Shown piece by piece: positions 49,804 to 61,223 of a stretch of DNA of 64,000 nt. The translations under genes and the position numbers were made by a program. The notes under the pieces are model-generated. The model searched no databases. It had not been told where the DNA came from and saw only the letters and a program-made list of their open reading frames with translations. Origin of the DNA: an uncultured Spirochaetota bacterium (GTDB lineage: Bacteria > Spirochaetota > Spirochaetia > SZUA-6 > Fen-1364); NCBI GenBank assembly GCA_963820525.1, contig CAWGAA010000003.1, positions 1-64,000 on the forward strand, read 5' to 3'. How positions within the stretch are numbered: position 1 is the stretch's first letter; the number at the start of each line of letters is the position of its first letter.

Positions 49804-50996
49804 AGGATGTCGGCGTACGCCGCCCCGTCCTTGAACAAGGGCAGGGACTTGGAGCGGTCCGCGATGGCGAGAATGAGCGGCATGTACTCCGCGTACCTCG
49901 TGATGCCGGCGCCATACGCCTCTTTGGTGACGGGGAGCTTTCCCCAATTGTTGAACTGCCACTGCTGGAAGTCCTTGGAGAAGATGATCTCCCTGATGAA
50001 CGCCTTGGCGACGTCCTTGTTCTTGCTCGCGCTGGGGATCCACACGGAGTGCGTCCATATGATGCTTCCGTTCTTATCGGATCCGGGCCAGCTCACGTAC
50101 CCGATCGAATCTACGGGCTTGCCCGCGCTCAGGACGAGCTCCATCGTGTGGCCCTGCGCGGCAAAGAAGGACCCGGCCTTCCCGGTTTTCCACGCCTCGT
50201 AGCCCGCCGTATCGGTGACGGTGTAGTTCGCGAGCTTCTGCTTGTTCAGCTCCTGGAGCATTCCCAGCCACTTCTTGGCGGCCTCGCTCGACACGTCGTA
50301 GCCCTTCCCGCTCTTGTCCATGAAGGTTCCCGTCATGGCAAGCAGCGGCGCCACGTAGTTGTACTGGATGAACTCCTTGTCCCAGATCTGGACCTGGGCG
50401 CCCTGGTCCGCGTTCGGGGCCATCTTTTTGAACCAGTCGAAGAACGCGGGATCGTTGAAGGCGGGGATGGGCGCCGGCTTGCCGCCGACCCAAAGAACGG
50501 ACGCCTTCATGATCTCGGTGTTGATCCCGACGATCGCAACCTCACCCAGGAAGGGAATGACGGGACAGTAGCTGCCGCTTCCGTCGGCCTTCTTGAAGAG
50601 GCCCTCCCTGAGGAAGCCGCTCACGAAGTTTTCCTTCGCCATGTTGCCCGTGAGCATGTCGTCGAGGGGCTCCAGCCAGGCTCCCTGCCTGAGGATGTCG
50701 GCGAACTGAGCGCCCGTACCGGTCACGAACAGGTCGAACGAGGCCTGACCGGCCTGCCACTCCGGGATATACGCGGGGCCGCCCCACTTGTCCACGGTAA
50801 CGAGCTCGATCTTCACGTTGGGATGCGCCTTCATGAAGGTCTCGATCGACGGCACGAGGGCCGTCTTTGTCTTGGCCCAGGTCTGGGTCGCGATCGTCAG
50901 GGTCCTCGGCCCTGACGCGGAAATGTCCTTCTGTCCCCCGGCGAACAGGGTCGCCGCCGCGAAGACAAGAATGAGCAGGACAACGAGCTTCTTCAT
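49801..50996 (-). pseudogene. Carbohydrate ABC solute-binding protein, 3'-truncated
   Basis: GGAGG RBS, MKKLVVLLILVFAAATLFAGGQKD and SBP motifs. Reads into IS256 sequence after YADILN. Confidence 0.8.
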
Positions 50997-51370
50997 CGTC
51001 ACTCCTCCTTTGATGATTTGGCGATTTCCGAACGAGCCGTACCGGAAAACCCGGCGCGATTCGATCGGCATATTAATAGAAGGCAATATGCATGCCAGAT
51101 CGCGCGAATGATAGATGATTTCCTCGATTTGCCCTGACGATAACTCTTTATCCCGGAAGGAAAAGAAAAGTAGTTTTATGGATCGACGTGCGCCCCCGCC
51201 GAGCCCGACTCATGCCCGGCGTCAAGGCGGCAAAGAATTCCTCCCCACCGGCAATATTTGCCTCTCGCGCCAAGGCCTGCCGTACGCCTGCAAGTGTTCC
51301 CCTTCGTTGACAGGCTCACCCTCCGGTTGTAGGCTTTCCGCGAAGATCCGACCATGGCTCGTGGAGGCCC

Positions 51371-53681
51371 TTGATGCAGAATGGGAGGCGGCGAACGAAG
51401 AAAGCGCGGACCTCGATCCTTCGGCTTTCGTACTTCCGCCGGATCTTTCTCTATTTCACCGCTCTCGTATCCGCGGTGGTGATCGCGAGCGCGGTAGCCT
51501 CATACCTTGTCGCCCGCGCCCAGATCCTCCGCGCGGTCAATGAACGCTCCGAGCGGGACCTCGAGCGGATCGCCGCGTCGTTTTCTTCGATTGTCGCATC
51601 TTCCATCATCCCGGCGGCCGAGCAGGTCTACGAATCCTTCCCCGTGCAGAAGCTGATCTACGGCAGCGCCCTCACGGACCGGGAGCGCCTGGACGCTACC
51701 CAGCTCCTCGACCGTTTCAAGCTCGCCAATCCCCTCATCGACTCCATCGTCGTCTACAACCATCAGTCCTCGTTCTTCTATTCCACCAAATGGGGGCCGC
51801 GGCCGGCGTCGGATCCTGCGATGAGCGGATTGAGCGCGCTTTTGAGCGACATCTCGGTCTTTCCCCTCTACCGCATCATCCCGAGAGTCGCGGAGGGAAC
51901 CCGCCTCTTCACCGTCATCGTCGGATATCCGCCGAGAACCGAAAAGAATCTTCTCGGGGCCCTCGTCGTGAACGTCAACGAACCGGCGGTGAGGTCGCAG
52001 ATCATCGGCGGGATCGAAAGCCAGGGAGGGAGCCTATCGATCCTCGATGGAAGCGGGATCATCCTCTCCGCTTCGGATCCCGTGCTGTTTGGAGCGCGCG
52101 CCTCGACGGGAGGGGCCCTTGCCCAAGCCATAGCCGCCCAGCAGCTGCGGGGTTTTTTCGACAACCCCAAGGAGCGGGAAAGGGTCTCCTATTATCGGGA
52201 TCCCGCGGGGGAATGGCTCTATGTATCCGCGATCCCCGATGCCGTGCTTTTCGCGGAGATCGCCCAGAGGCGAAACCAGCTCGTGCTCGTCTTCGGCGCC
52301 CTCTTCGCCCTCGCGCTCCTGCTCGCGCTCACGACCACCCGCTCCGCCGCGGTTCCTGTGGAGCGGCTCATCGGCCAGGCGCGCGCGCTCCACGAGGAGT
52401 TCCTCGACATGGACCACAGGGGTCCGGCCGGGGATGAGGTGGCGCTCGTATCGGAAACAATGCGCCAGCTCGACGAACGGCTTCGAGCGGTGCGGCTGGC
52501 CATTGAATCGGGAGCCGCGTATCGCGAACGCCGCGCGCTCGGGCGCCTGCTCAGGGGTGAAACCCTCGGCCCGGAGGAAGTCGATGCGCTCAAGGCGAGG
52601 ATCGCCGTCGACGACACCAGTCCGGCCGTCATCGTGCTCGCATCACCGGAACCAGACGGCGTCGGCGCGAAGAGCAACACCGCCCCGGCAGTATTGCATA
52701 GCGGTGAGGAGGCGCCGCCCGATTTCAGCGCCTTCACGGCGGAATTGGAGAAAGCCGTACCCTGCGTTCTGGCCAGCGCGCAGCTCGCGCGGGAGGGGGT
52801 TGCGGCCGTCGTCTCTCCGGGGGATCAATCCACGCTCATCACCGCGCTGGAGCTGTTCGTCGCGGAAAGAGCGGGGTCCTGGACCTTCGGGGTGAGCGAT
52901 GCGGTGGACGAATGGGACGCGCTCCCGGACGCCTTCGAATCCGCCCGCCAGGCCCTCCACTATCGCTTTCGTTTCGGGAAGGGCGCCGTCATCCCCGTCT
53001 CGAAATGCGTCGCCGAACGCCCCTACACCATTCCCGACGAGCGCCTGCGGAGATTCGCCGAGCACGCCCGTCTGCTGGAATCCGAAGAGACCCTCCGCGT
53101 CGCGGGGGAGCTGCTACAAGAAGTGCGCGCGTATACGTATGAGGACTTCATATTCCTGACGCAGCACCTCCTCTACGCCCTCGAACGCCTTTTGCTCGAA
53201 TCGCGCTCGGACGCGCACAACGATCTCGGGGCACTTCCGGTCGTACCGAATGAACACGAAATGGGCGGACACGCCGGAGCACGTTCTGCGGGTCATCGAA
53301 AAATTCTATAGAACGTACGCCGCGCATGGCCGTTTCCAGGCCGGGGACAGGACGGTGAACCTCGTTTCGGAGATTAAAAGGATCGTCGCGGAGAACATCG
53401 GAGATCCCAACCTCGGGGCAAAGCTCATCGCGGAGCGGGTTATGCTCTCCGTGAATTACGTGCGCGGCACCTTCAAACAGGCGACGGGGGGATCCCTCTC
53501 CACTTTCATTACCGACCTCCGCATCGAGAAGTGCGTCGCGCTTCTTCGCGCGACGCAGAAATCCGTGAAGGACATCTGCGCGGAGGCGGGGTTCGCCAAC
53601 TACACCTATTTCTTCACTCTTTTCAAGAAACGAACGGGACACACGCCGCAGGATTATCAGCGCGCGAATCAGAGTTCCTGA
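51371..53681 (+). CDS. Membrane-bound Cache-domain AraC regulator, +1 frameshift near 53230
   Basis: Two TM segments flank an extracytoplasmic domain. The AraC HTH lies in 53250-53681, and removing one G from GGGG at 53228-53231 joins the two frames. Confidence 0.8.
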
Positions 53682-53802
53682 TGGAATTCCCGGATCCGGA
53701 TGCGCGGTTTTCGAAGGAACCGGTGGAATTCGGAGTTTACGGCGCGATGAGCCTCCCCAATAATCGGTCGGAACGAAACGCCGAAGCAAGGAGGATTCCG
53801 AA

Positions 53803-55104
53803 ATGAGACAAAGCAGATCGACAGTACTTTTCATTGCGCTGCTCGTAATGATGCTCCTGGCGGTCCCGATGGTGTTCGGGACCGGGGCATCGGAGGCCGC
53901 GAAAGGGCCTGTGACGATCAAGTACCTGTTGTGGCAGGACCCTACGTACTCGAGCATCATCCAGGCGTTCAATGACTCCCAGAAGGCCATCATCGTGGAT
54001 CCCCAGGTCATTGACTCCGCGGATTACGAGACAAAGCTCACGACGATGCTCGCCGGCGGGGCGCAGATGGACGCCTACATGCAGAAGCGCCAGACCGACA
54101 TGTTCACCCAACACGCCAACGGGTACATTGAGCCGCTGGACGCGCTGATCAAGAAGTACAACTACGACAGGTCGGGGATCGATCGCTTCCTGTCCGCGGT
54201 CACGGTGGATGGAAAGGTCGTCGCCGTGCCGTTCCGCGGCGCCTCGTATTACACCTACTTCAATAAGAAAATCTTCGCCGCCGCGGGGATGGAAACGCCG
54301 GATGTATACGTGAAGCGCGGGGAGTGGACCTGGAAAAAATTCATTGAGGTGGCGGAGAAGCTTTCCACGGGGGATGGAAGGATCTACGGCGGACTGTTCT
54401 ACACGTGGGCCGCCTGCTCCGTCATCCCCGCGATCCAAAACAACATCAAGTTCATCACCCAAGACGGGAAGATCGACATCGATGACAGCGTCCTGCAGAG
54501 CTTCAAGATAAGGAAGGAGCTGGAGAGCAAGAAAGCGATCATCCCGCTCGTCGAGCTGCTCACCACGAAGCTTCACTACTCCAACGCGTTCTTCAAGGGA
54601 AACGTGGCGATGCTCCTTATCGGGGAATGGTTCCCCGGGATGATGATGAACGCGAAGGACAAGAACCAGCTCGAGGGATTCACGTGGAACGATTGGAGCG
54701 TCACCCGGCTCCCCTGCGACCTTCCCACGTACGTCTCCATGGGCTCGCCGACCTTCAGCCACGTATCCTCCAGCTCCAAGCAGAAGGACGCGGCCTTCAA
54801 TTTCATCGGCTGGATGGGAAGCGCTGCCGGGGCGGAGATCGTGGCAAAGGCCGGATTCCTTCCGGCGGTCATGAGCCCCGCGGTGAAAAAGGCGCTGGGA
54901 TCCGCGCTTCCCGACGATCAATCCCTCACCTATTTTACAGAACCCGCGAAGGTGCTCCCGGGCTGGTACACGAAGTACGGCTCACGCGTGGAGCAGGCGC
55001 TCAACGTCGTCATTCAGAAGTACCTCCTCAACGAGATGTCTGACTCCGAGCTCATGAGCACGCTGCGCAGCGCATTCCAGGAGATCGTGAACACGACCAA
55101 CTAA
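53803..55104 (+). CDS. Carbohydrate ABC solute-binding protein
   Basis: Signal peptide, YIEPLD, YFNKKIF and WTW. Confidence 0.92.
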   Translation: MRQSRSTVLFIALLVMMLLAVPMVFGTGASEAAKGPVTIKYLLWQDPTYSSIIQAFNDSQKAIIVDPQVIDSADYETKLTTMLAGGAQMDAYMQKRQTDMFTQHANGYIEPLDALIKKYNYDRSGIDRFLSAVTVDGKVVAVPFRGASYYTYFNKKIFAAAGMETPDVYVKRGEWTWKKFIEVAEKLSTGDGRIYGGLFYTWAACSVIPAIQNNIKFITQDGKIDIDDSVLQSFKIRKELESKKAIIPLVELLTTKLHYSNAFFKGNVAMLLIGEWFPGMMMNAKDKNQLEGFTWNDWSVTRLPCDLPTYVSMGSPTFSHVSSSSKQKDAAFNFIGWMGSAAGAEIVAKAGFLPAVMSPAVKKALGSALPDDQSLTYFTEPAKVLPGWYTKYGSRVEQALNVVIQKYLLNEMSDSELMSTLRSAFQEIVNTTN

Positions 55105-55118
55105 GGACCCAAAAGGAA

Positions 55119-55147
55119 AGGGCGCGCGGGACGGTCCGCGCGCCCTC
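55119..55147 (+). terminator. GC-rich intergenic hairpin (stabiliser or terminator)
   Basis: AGGGCGCGCGG...CCGCGCGCCCT between the SBP and permease genes. Confidence 0.5.
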
Positions 55148-55165
55148 ATGTGAAGGAATAAGGCG

Positions 55166-56065
55166 TTGAGGAAATACCGGACCAATACACCCGCACTCGT
55201 CGTCGCCGCATTTCTGCTCCCCAGCCTACTGGGATTCGTCGTCTTTCTCCTTATCCCGATGATCGCGACGCTTGGGCTCTCCTTCACCAACTACTCGGGA
55301 GGGAGACGGTTGAACTGGCTGGGCATCACCAATTACCTTACGGCGTTTGCCAGCCCGGGATTCCTGCAATCGCTTTGGGTGACGGGCAAATTCGTCGTCA
55401 TGGCCGTGATAGCTCAACTCGTGCTCGGCCTCGTCTTTGCCCTGCTTTTAAATCGACGCCGGGCGGGAAGAACGATGTTTCGAAGCCTCTTTTTCCTTCC
55501 CTGCATCCTCTCCTCGATCGCCATATCTCTCGCCTTCATGATTATCTTCAATCCGACGGTCGGACCCCTGAATGAGCTTCTCCATTCCATTGGTCTACAC
55601 GCTGTTCCCTGGCTCACGAGCCCCAAAACGGCGCTCCTTACGATCGTGATCGTCACGGTCTGGCAATCATTCGGCTACTACATGGTGCTTTTCATCGCCG
55701 GGCTTCAAACCATCAATCCCGCCCTGTACGAGAGCGCGGATTTGGATGGGGCGACGCCGATGCAGAGGCTCATTGCGATCACCCTTCCCATGATCAGTCC
55801 GACGACGTTCTTCTGCGTAACGACGGCGATCATTCGCGGATTCCAGGTCTTCGATCAGGTCTACATGATGACGGGGGGAAGGTTCGGGGGCGGCCCCGCC
55901 GGCGCAACATCGGTCCTTGTATTCGACATCTATGCAAACGCCTTCCAAGTCTTGCGAATGGGCTACGCCTCCGCGGAGGCCACCATTCTCCTTCTCTTCC
56001 TCTTCGTCATCACGTTCATCCAGTACAGGGCTCAGAGGGGATGGGTAACCTATGATACCGCGTGA
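55166..56065 (+). CDS. Carbohydrate ABC permease (MalF/UgpA type)
   Basis: EAA loop LYESADLDGA and GYASA. Confidence 0.92.
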   Translation: MRKYRTNTPALVVAAFLLPSLLGFVVFLLIPMIATLGLSFTNYSGGRRLNWLGITNYLTAFASPGFLQSLWVTGKFVVMAVIAQLVLGLVFALLLNRRRAGRTMFRSLFFLPCILSSIAISLAFMIIFNPTVGPLNELLHSIGLHAVPWLTSPKTALLTIVIVTVWQSFGYYMVLFIAGLQTINPALYESADLDGATPMQRLIAITLPMISPTTFFCVTTAIIRGFQVFDQVYMMTGGRFGGGPAGATSVLVFDIYANAFQVLRMGYASAEATILLLFLFVITFIQYRAQRGWVTYDTA

Positions 56066-56891
56066 GAGCTCGCTCCCCCGCCGGCTTTTACAGACGCTCG
56101 CCATTTACCTGGCTCTCGCTGTCATGGCGGTGATAGTCCTCTTTCCCTTGCTGATCATCGCCTCGTCCTCGTTCAAGAACGAGGGAGAAATATTCAGCTG
56201 GCCCCTGACCATCGTCCCCCACCATCCCATTTTCTCGAACTTTGAGGCCCTCCTGGACCGCTTCCCTCTTTATATATGGAATTCGGTCAAGGTGACGGCC
56301 GCGATCGTCGCCGTGCAATTCATTACGTCCACCACCGGGGCATATGCGTTCTCGAAATTGCGCTGGCGGGGGAGGGACGCCCTTTTTCTGCTCTATATCG
56401 CTTCCATCATGATCCCCTCCAACTCGGTCATCATACCGCAATTCATCATCGTCCGTTCCCTTGGATTGTACGACACCCACGTGGCGCTCGTCCTCGTCTC
56501 CGCTTTCAGCGCCTTTGCGGTCTTCCTCACCAGGCAATACTTCCTCACGATCCCCGATTCACTCCTTGAAGCGGCGCGGATCGACGGCGCGTCGGAGTTC
56601 AGGATCTTCTCCCGGATAATGCTCCCGTTGTCGAAACCCATTGCGGTGACCGTGATAATCTTCTCCTTCCGTTACTTCTGGAACGACTTTTTCACCCCCC
56701 TTATCTATCTCACCTCCCCGGTCCTGAAGACCCTCCCCCTCGGAATGGCGGAGTTCGCCACCGAATACAGCGTCTCTTACGGTCCGCAGATGGCGGCGGC
56801 CCTCATTTCGATTCTTCCCGTGCTTGTGATCTTCATCATGGGACAACGCTATTTCGTAGAGGGTGTCGTGGCCTCGGGGATCAAGGGATGA
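56052..56891 (+). CDS. Carbohydrate ABC permease (MalG/UgpE type)
   Basis: IPDSLLEAARIDGA, WNDF and QRYFVEG. Confidence 0.93.
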   Translation: MIPRESSLPRRLLQTLAIYLALAVMAVIVLFPLLIIASSSFKNEGEIFSWPLTIVPHHPIFSNFEALLDRFPLYIWNSVKVTAAIVAVQFITSTTGAYAFSKLRWRGRDALFLLYIASIMIPSNSVIIPQFIIVRSLGLYDTHVALVLVSAFSAFAVFLTRQYFLTIPDSLLEAARIDGASEFRIFSRIMLPLSKPIAVTVIIFSFRYFWNDFFTPLIYLTSPVLKTLPLGMAEFATEYSVSYGPQMAAALISILPVLVIFIMGQRYFVEGVVASGIKG

Positions 56892-58703
56892 GCGAGAACC
56901 GGCCTTCGAATTTCGATCCCGGCATACACGTCGTCCACTACGCGGACGAGTTCAGGGCCCAGCGGTTGGATCATCGGACGCTCATCAACGATTTCGGACG
57001 GCAGCGCGAACCACTCGACGGAGAGTGGAGCTTCGTCGTGGACCAGTACGACAGCTTCCTGCGCCTCCGCTGGTTCGAGGAGCGCGAGAGGGATCCCGAA
57101 GGCCGGCCCCTTCCCCGGGATTACGATTTCGAGGCGTGGGAACGGATGCCCGTTCCCTCCTGCTGGAACGTGAGAAAGCCCGATTACCTCCTGTACGAGG
57201 GATCCTCGGTCTACACGCGAACCTTCCCATACAAGCCGGCGCAAGCGGGGCGCGCCCGTCAACCCCGCGTGTTCCTCAAGGTCGGCGCGGCCAACTACGA
57301 ATGCTTCGTTTTCCTGAACAAACGCTGCCTGGGCTCCCACCTGGGAGGCTCGACGCCGTTCTTCGTGGAGGTCACCCCGCACCTCCTGCCGGACAATCGC
57401 ATATCCCTCGTCGTGAACAACCGCAGGGAGAGCTTCCACGTCCCGGCGGACAATACGGACTGGTTCAATTACGGGGGGCTGTACAGAAGCGTGGAGCTGA
57501 TCTACGTTCCCGAGACCTTTATCAAGACCTACCAGGTCTCTCTTGTGCCCGGAGGCAGATTCGGCGCATTACGCGCGATGGTGGACCTCGACGGTTCCGA
57601 TGCGGAGGGGGAAGCGACCCTCCGCATCCCCGAGCTCGCGGTGGAGACACGGTTCGCCGTGTCCAAGGGGCTCGGCGCCTGTGAGCTCGAGGCTTACCCC
57701 AAGCTTTGGTCCCCGGAGTCGCCGAAGCTCTACAACGTAGAGATCTCCTATTCCGGTGGATCAGTGACAGACGTCGTGCGCGATAGAGTGGGATTCCGGG
57801 AGATCGCAACGCGCGGAACCTCGCTCCTGTTGAATGGAAAGCCGATCTACCTCAGGGGCGTGAGCTGCCATGAGGACAGCGTGGAGAACGGGAAGGCGGT
57901 ATCGCCCTCCGAGATCAGGGGAATGCTGGAGACCGTGCGGGAGCTCGGCTGCAATTTCCTGCGCCTCGCGCACTACCCCCACGCGGAGGAAGCGGCCCGG
58001 ATGGCCGACGAGCTGGGGATGCTCCTCTGGGAGGAAATCCCCGTGTATTGGGCGATCGACTTCGCGAATCCCGAAACATTCGCCGATGCGTACAACCAGC
58101 TCTCGGAAGCTCGTGCTCCGCGACCGCAACCGCGCCAGCGTGATCCTTTGGTCCGTGGGAAACGAAAATCCGGACAGCGACGAGCGGCTCTCCTTCATGT
58201 CGAGGCTCGCCAGCCGGGCGCGGGAGCTCGATCCCACGCGGCTCGTGACCGCAGCATGTCTCTGGGACACGCGGAACATGCGCATCGCGGACCGGCTTGC
58301 CGAGCACCTCGACGTACCGGGGATCAACGAATACTACGGCTGGTACGTCATGGGCTTCGATCGCCTGGAGCGGTTCTTCCGCGGGAGCGCCCCCGGCAAG
58401 CCGGTCATCGTGAGCGAATTCGGTGCCGATGCTCTGGCCGGGCATATTGGGGAAAAGAATGAGCTTTTCGGCGAAAACTATCAGCTCCACGTCTACCGCG
58501 AACAGATCAGGGTGATAAGCAAAGCCGATTACGTGGTCGGAATGACGCCGTGGATCCTCTTCGATTTCCGCTGCCCGCGGCGGACCAACGCGTTCCAGCG
58601 GGGATACAACCGCAAGGGATTGGTCGCCGCAGACCGCGTCCAACGGAAGCTTGCGTTCGCCGTTCTACAAGAGTATTACCGCGAGCGTGCTGAAAAGGAT
58701 TAG
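56888..58703 (+). CDS. GH2 glycoside hydrolase (beta-glucuronidase/galactosidase-like), +1 frameshift near 58107
   Basis: DWFNYGGLYR and LRLAHYPH, then WSVGNE, VSEFG and NRKGL in the second frame. Confidence 0.87.
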
Positions 58704-59224
58704 CCGCGGGCGGAACGCTCACGCCCCGCCGTGAGCCCGTCCAGGTCGAGCCGCATCGTTTCCCCGTCGAAAAACTCCACGGTCAGTGCTCCGCCATCAA
58801 GGGTCGCCCTTACAACAAGTCCCTCGAGCTGATCGAAGGCTTCGGGCTCGAGGCGGGCCACGATGAGAGCGGCGAAATAGTGCACACCGGCGGGAAGAAG
58901 CCGAATGCCCAGCGTGGGAACGACGCTCCTCAGATAGCGCACGTTCCCCCCCGTGTCCTCTTCTCCAGGGCTTCCCGTGGAAGCAGTCTCCCAACCCGCA
59001 AGCCCGCGTATGAAGCTGACCCTATTTCCCGCCCTGGCGTACCCGGCGGGAGAGTCCGAACACCGTATCTCCGGCTCGCCCTCGTCCCATCCCAGGGGAT
59101 ATCCGCCCTCGCGGAAAAAAAGCGGCCTTGTGCACTCCACGCGATGGACCGTGATGAGGATATCGCCCTTCACCGCGACCCATCCCGAGCCGTGCCCTCC
59201 CTCATCGGTCTCCAGAAGGGGATA
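58700..59224 (-). pseudogene. 3' remnant of an unknown gene, cut by the IS91-like end
   Basis: Coding-like frame (YPLLE...FREGGYPLG...VEFFDGET) with no start of its own; begins at the IS terminus. Confidence 0.55.
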
Positions 59225-59697
59225 ATTGATAGTAACTACTATAGGTCCGTCTGCGGGTGATTGCCAAATGGTGAGGCCGCGAGGCGGCAAAAAACGGGTC
59301 TTGCAAGCCGTGAGCTGCGGATTGAGTAGCCGCCCGTGAGGGACATCATGGGGAGAATCGACGCGCGAGTTGCGGCGGGGAGAAGAAGGGATGCCATCGC
59401 TCTCTGTATCCACACTGAAAGGACGGACTGGCCCCCAGGGTGGAGTGAGGGGAGAGGAATCAATTCAGCGACGCGGGGTGCAAACCAGGTGGAGCCTTGC
59501 CGGTCTTGATGAGATGTCGCAGGATCTTGAGGGCCACTGCTTGGGGTCTGTGATGACGGCAAGCACCTTCATCGGTTCGCCGCATCGCGCGCAGATCAAC
59601 GGATCCGCGTCGTAGACCTTCTTGATCAGCCGAGCCCAGGCGGCACGGCTCTGCTTGGCCGACACGGAGTCATCGGATTGGTGATCGTCGGGTGCAC
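59225..59697 (-). mobile_element. IS91-like 3' (ori-side) remnant
   Basis: Near-identical by eye to 46663-47132; encodes AWARLIKKVYDADPLICARCG. Confidence 0.92.
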
Positions 59698-59736
59698 CGA
59701 CCAACGCTTATGATCACTTGGATGCGTTGCGCGCCC

Positions 59737-60159
59737 TCACTTGCAGCAGCCGCTCTTGGCGCTCCCGCCGGCGTCGGCAGCCGTCACCCCGCTTATGCTG
59801 CCGGCCGACCCGGCCTTGCCTGCTGCTTGGCCGGCCTCTCCGCATCCGCCTGCCCCTGCCTCTCCCGTGCTCTCCCCACCGCATCCGCATGCCGACCCTC
59901 TGCCGGTAAGGGCGCCGTTGATGATCGCCGCGGCGCATCCCACGCCGCTTTTCACTTTTATTGCTCCAAAGCGGCAGTTGGCTTCGCAGGCGCCGCACTC
60001 CATGCACAAGTCACGGTCGGTGAGAAGGGCCTTGCCGCCGTTCACCCTTTCGGAGTCCGGCATGAACACGCCGTGGGGACACACCTCCCAGCAGCGGCCG
60101 CAGCCAGTACACACGGCCGGATCGTAGGTCAGGGTCACCACGTTCGCTATGTATTTCAT
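59737..60159 (-). CDS. hgcB: Mercury methylation ferredoxin HgcB with extended C-terminal tail (140 aa)
   Basis: CTGCGRCWEVCP, the CMECGAC signature, GVGCA and terminal GCCK; ATGA overlap with hgcA. Confidence 0.95.
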   Translation of the reverse strand: MKYIANVVTLTYDPAVCTGCGRCWEVCPHGVFMPDSERVNGGKALLTDRDLCMECGACEANCRFGAIKVKSGVGCAAAIINGALTGRGSACGCGGESTGEAGAGGCGEAGQAAGKAGSAGSISGVTAADAGGSAKSGCCK

Positions 60160-61190
60160 AGAAGGCTCCATTCCTTCAGCTTGGAAAGCACAAGGGCGGC
60201 CATGCTCAATACTCCCGCCGCGATATAGAATGGCAGCATGACCTTGATCTCCTTTTTCACTCCGGAGGGGCTGGTGAAGGTGGTCGCACCGGTGAAGTTC
60301 AAAGCCATATAGGCGCTTGCCGCGGGAAAGAAGAGGTAGCAGGCGGCAATCAGGAAAGGGTCCATGCCGGCGGCCAGGCCCAGGCCGTGCAGCAGTGCCG
60401 CGGTTCCCGCCGCTCCCAGGATCCACCCTTTCACGGAGAACAGGCGGAAGGGAATAAAGGGCAGGAGCACGGGGGCAAGGAACGAGCCGCAAAGGATAGA
60501 TGCCAAGCCCAAGGCGAACAGGGGCAGACCATTGGTCCACCCTCGGCTGAAGACTATTCCCGCAGGCGTCACGCCCATGATCACGAACGCGGCCAGGAGA
60601 AACGCGGGGTAGCGCATGAGGGATTGGCTCAGCTCCATGGGGGCCAGGGTGAGCCGCTCTGTAATGCCGAAACGCACGCGCCGCATCTCCGGGCTCGCCT
60701 TCATGCCCGCGCTCATGTACGCGGGGAGGTCCCGCGCGCGCACCGGCCCGAAGCGGACACGGAACCCCGTCCTCTGCTCCACGACGTGGGCGCGGATCCC
60801 GGGGGCGCCGAGCTGGGGAAGGATGATGGTCCTATGGCGCACTACTTCGGCCAGCCGTGTCGCCTCGATCCGCTCCACCAGCTCTTCGGTGCCGAAGGTC
60901 CCCTTTCCAGCGGCGCACCAGACGTTGATGCCCTTCGTGTCCAGAACGAGGATCCAGCCGTCGATGCCGCCCAGCTCGCGGCGAAGGGTATCGAAGCTGA
61001 GCTTGTAGTTGGCGCTCGCGAAAACGGGGGAATCGAAGCCGGGGCTGCCCATGGCGTACAACCCCTGCGGCACGCTGTATCGGTTGCGATAGCTTCCGAT
61101 GCGGCAGCGCACGGCTCCCCACCTGTCTTCAGGCGACCATGCAGGGTTGGTTCTCAGGTACCTGGGTGGTGAAAGTATCGCGCTCGGCAT
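60156..61190 (-). CDS. hgcA: Mercury methylation corrinoid protein HgcA
   Basis: ANYKLSFD, cap helix GINVWCAAGKG, LPQLGAPG, FGPVRA, and a C-terminal TM domain ending FTGATTFTSPSGV. Confidence 0.97.
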   Translation of the reverse strand: MPSAILSPPRYLRTNPAWSPEDRWGAVRCRIGSYRNRYSVPQGLYAMGSPGFDSPVFASANYKLSFDTLRRELGGIDGWILVLDTKGINVWCAAGKGTFGTEELVERIEATRLAEVVRHRTIILPQLGAPGIRAHVVEQRTGFRVRFGPVRARDLPAYMSAGMKASPEMRRVRFGITERLTLAPMELSQSLMRYPAFLLAAFVIMGVTPAGIVFSRGWTNGLPLFALGLASILCGSFLAPVLLPFIPFRLFSVKGWILGAAGTAALLHGLGLAAGMDPFLIAACYLFFPAASAYMALNFTGATTFTSPSGVKKEIKVMLPFYIAAGVLSMAALVLSKLKEWSLL

Positions 61191-61223
61191 CGAGTGCCAG
61201 GGTACGCCGGGCGGAAATGCCTG

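Noticed and set aside
49201..50202. 333-aa ORF as a novel transposase fusion
   Set aside because: It is the IS256 5' part reading through a deletion junction into the antisense strand of the SBP gene.
59737..60540. 267-aa N-terminally extended HgcB or an HgcA-HgcB fusion
   Set aside because: The extension is an alternative frame over hgcA. The ATG at 60159 overlaps the hgcA stop in the usual ATGA arrangement.
60900..61223. Selenocysteine-containing HgcA
   Set aside because: The cap helix has a normal Cys codon, there is no in-frame TGA in the ORF, and the short gap to the MFS leaves little room for an N-terminal extension.
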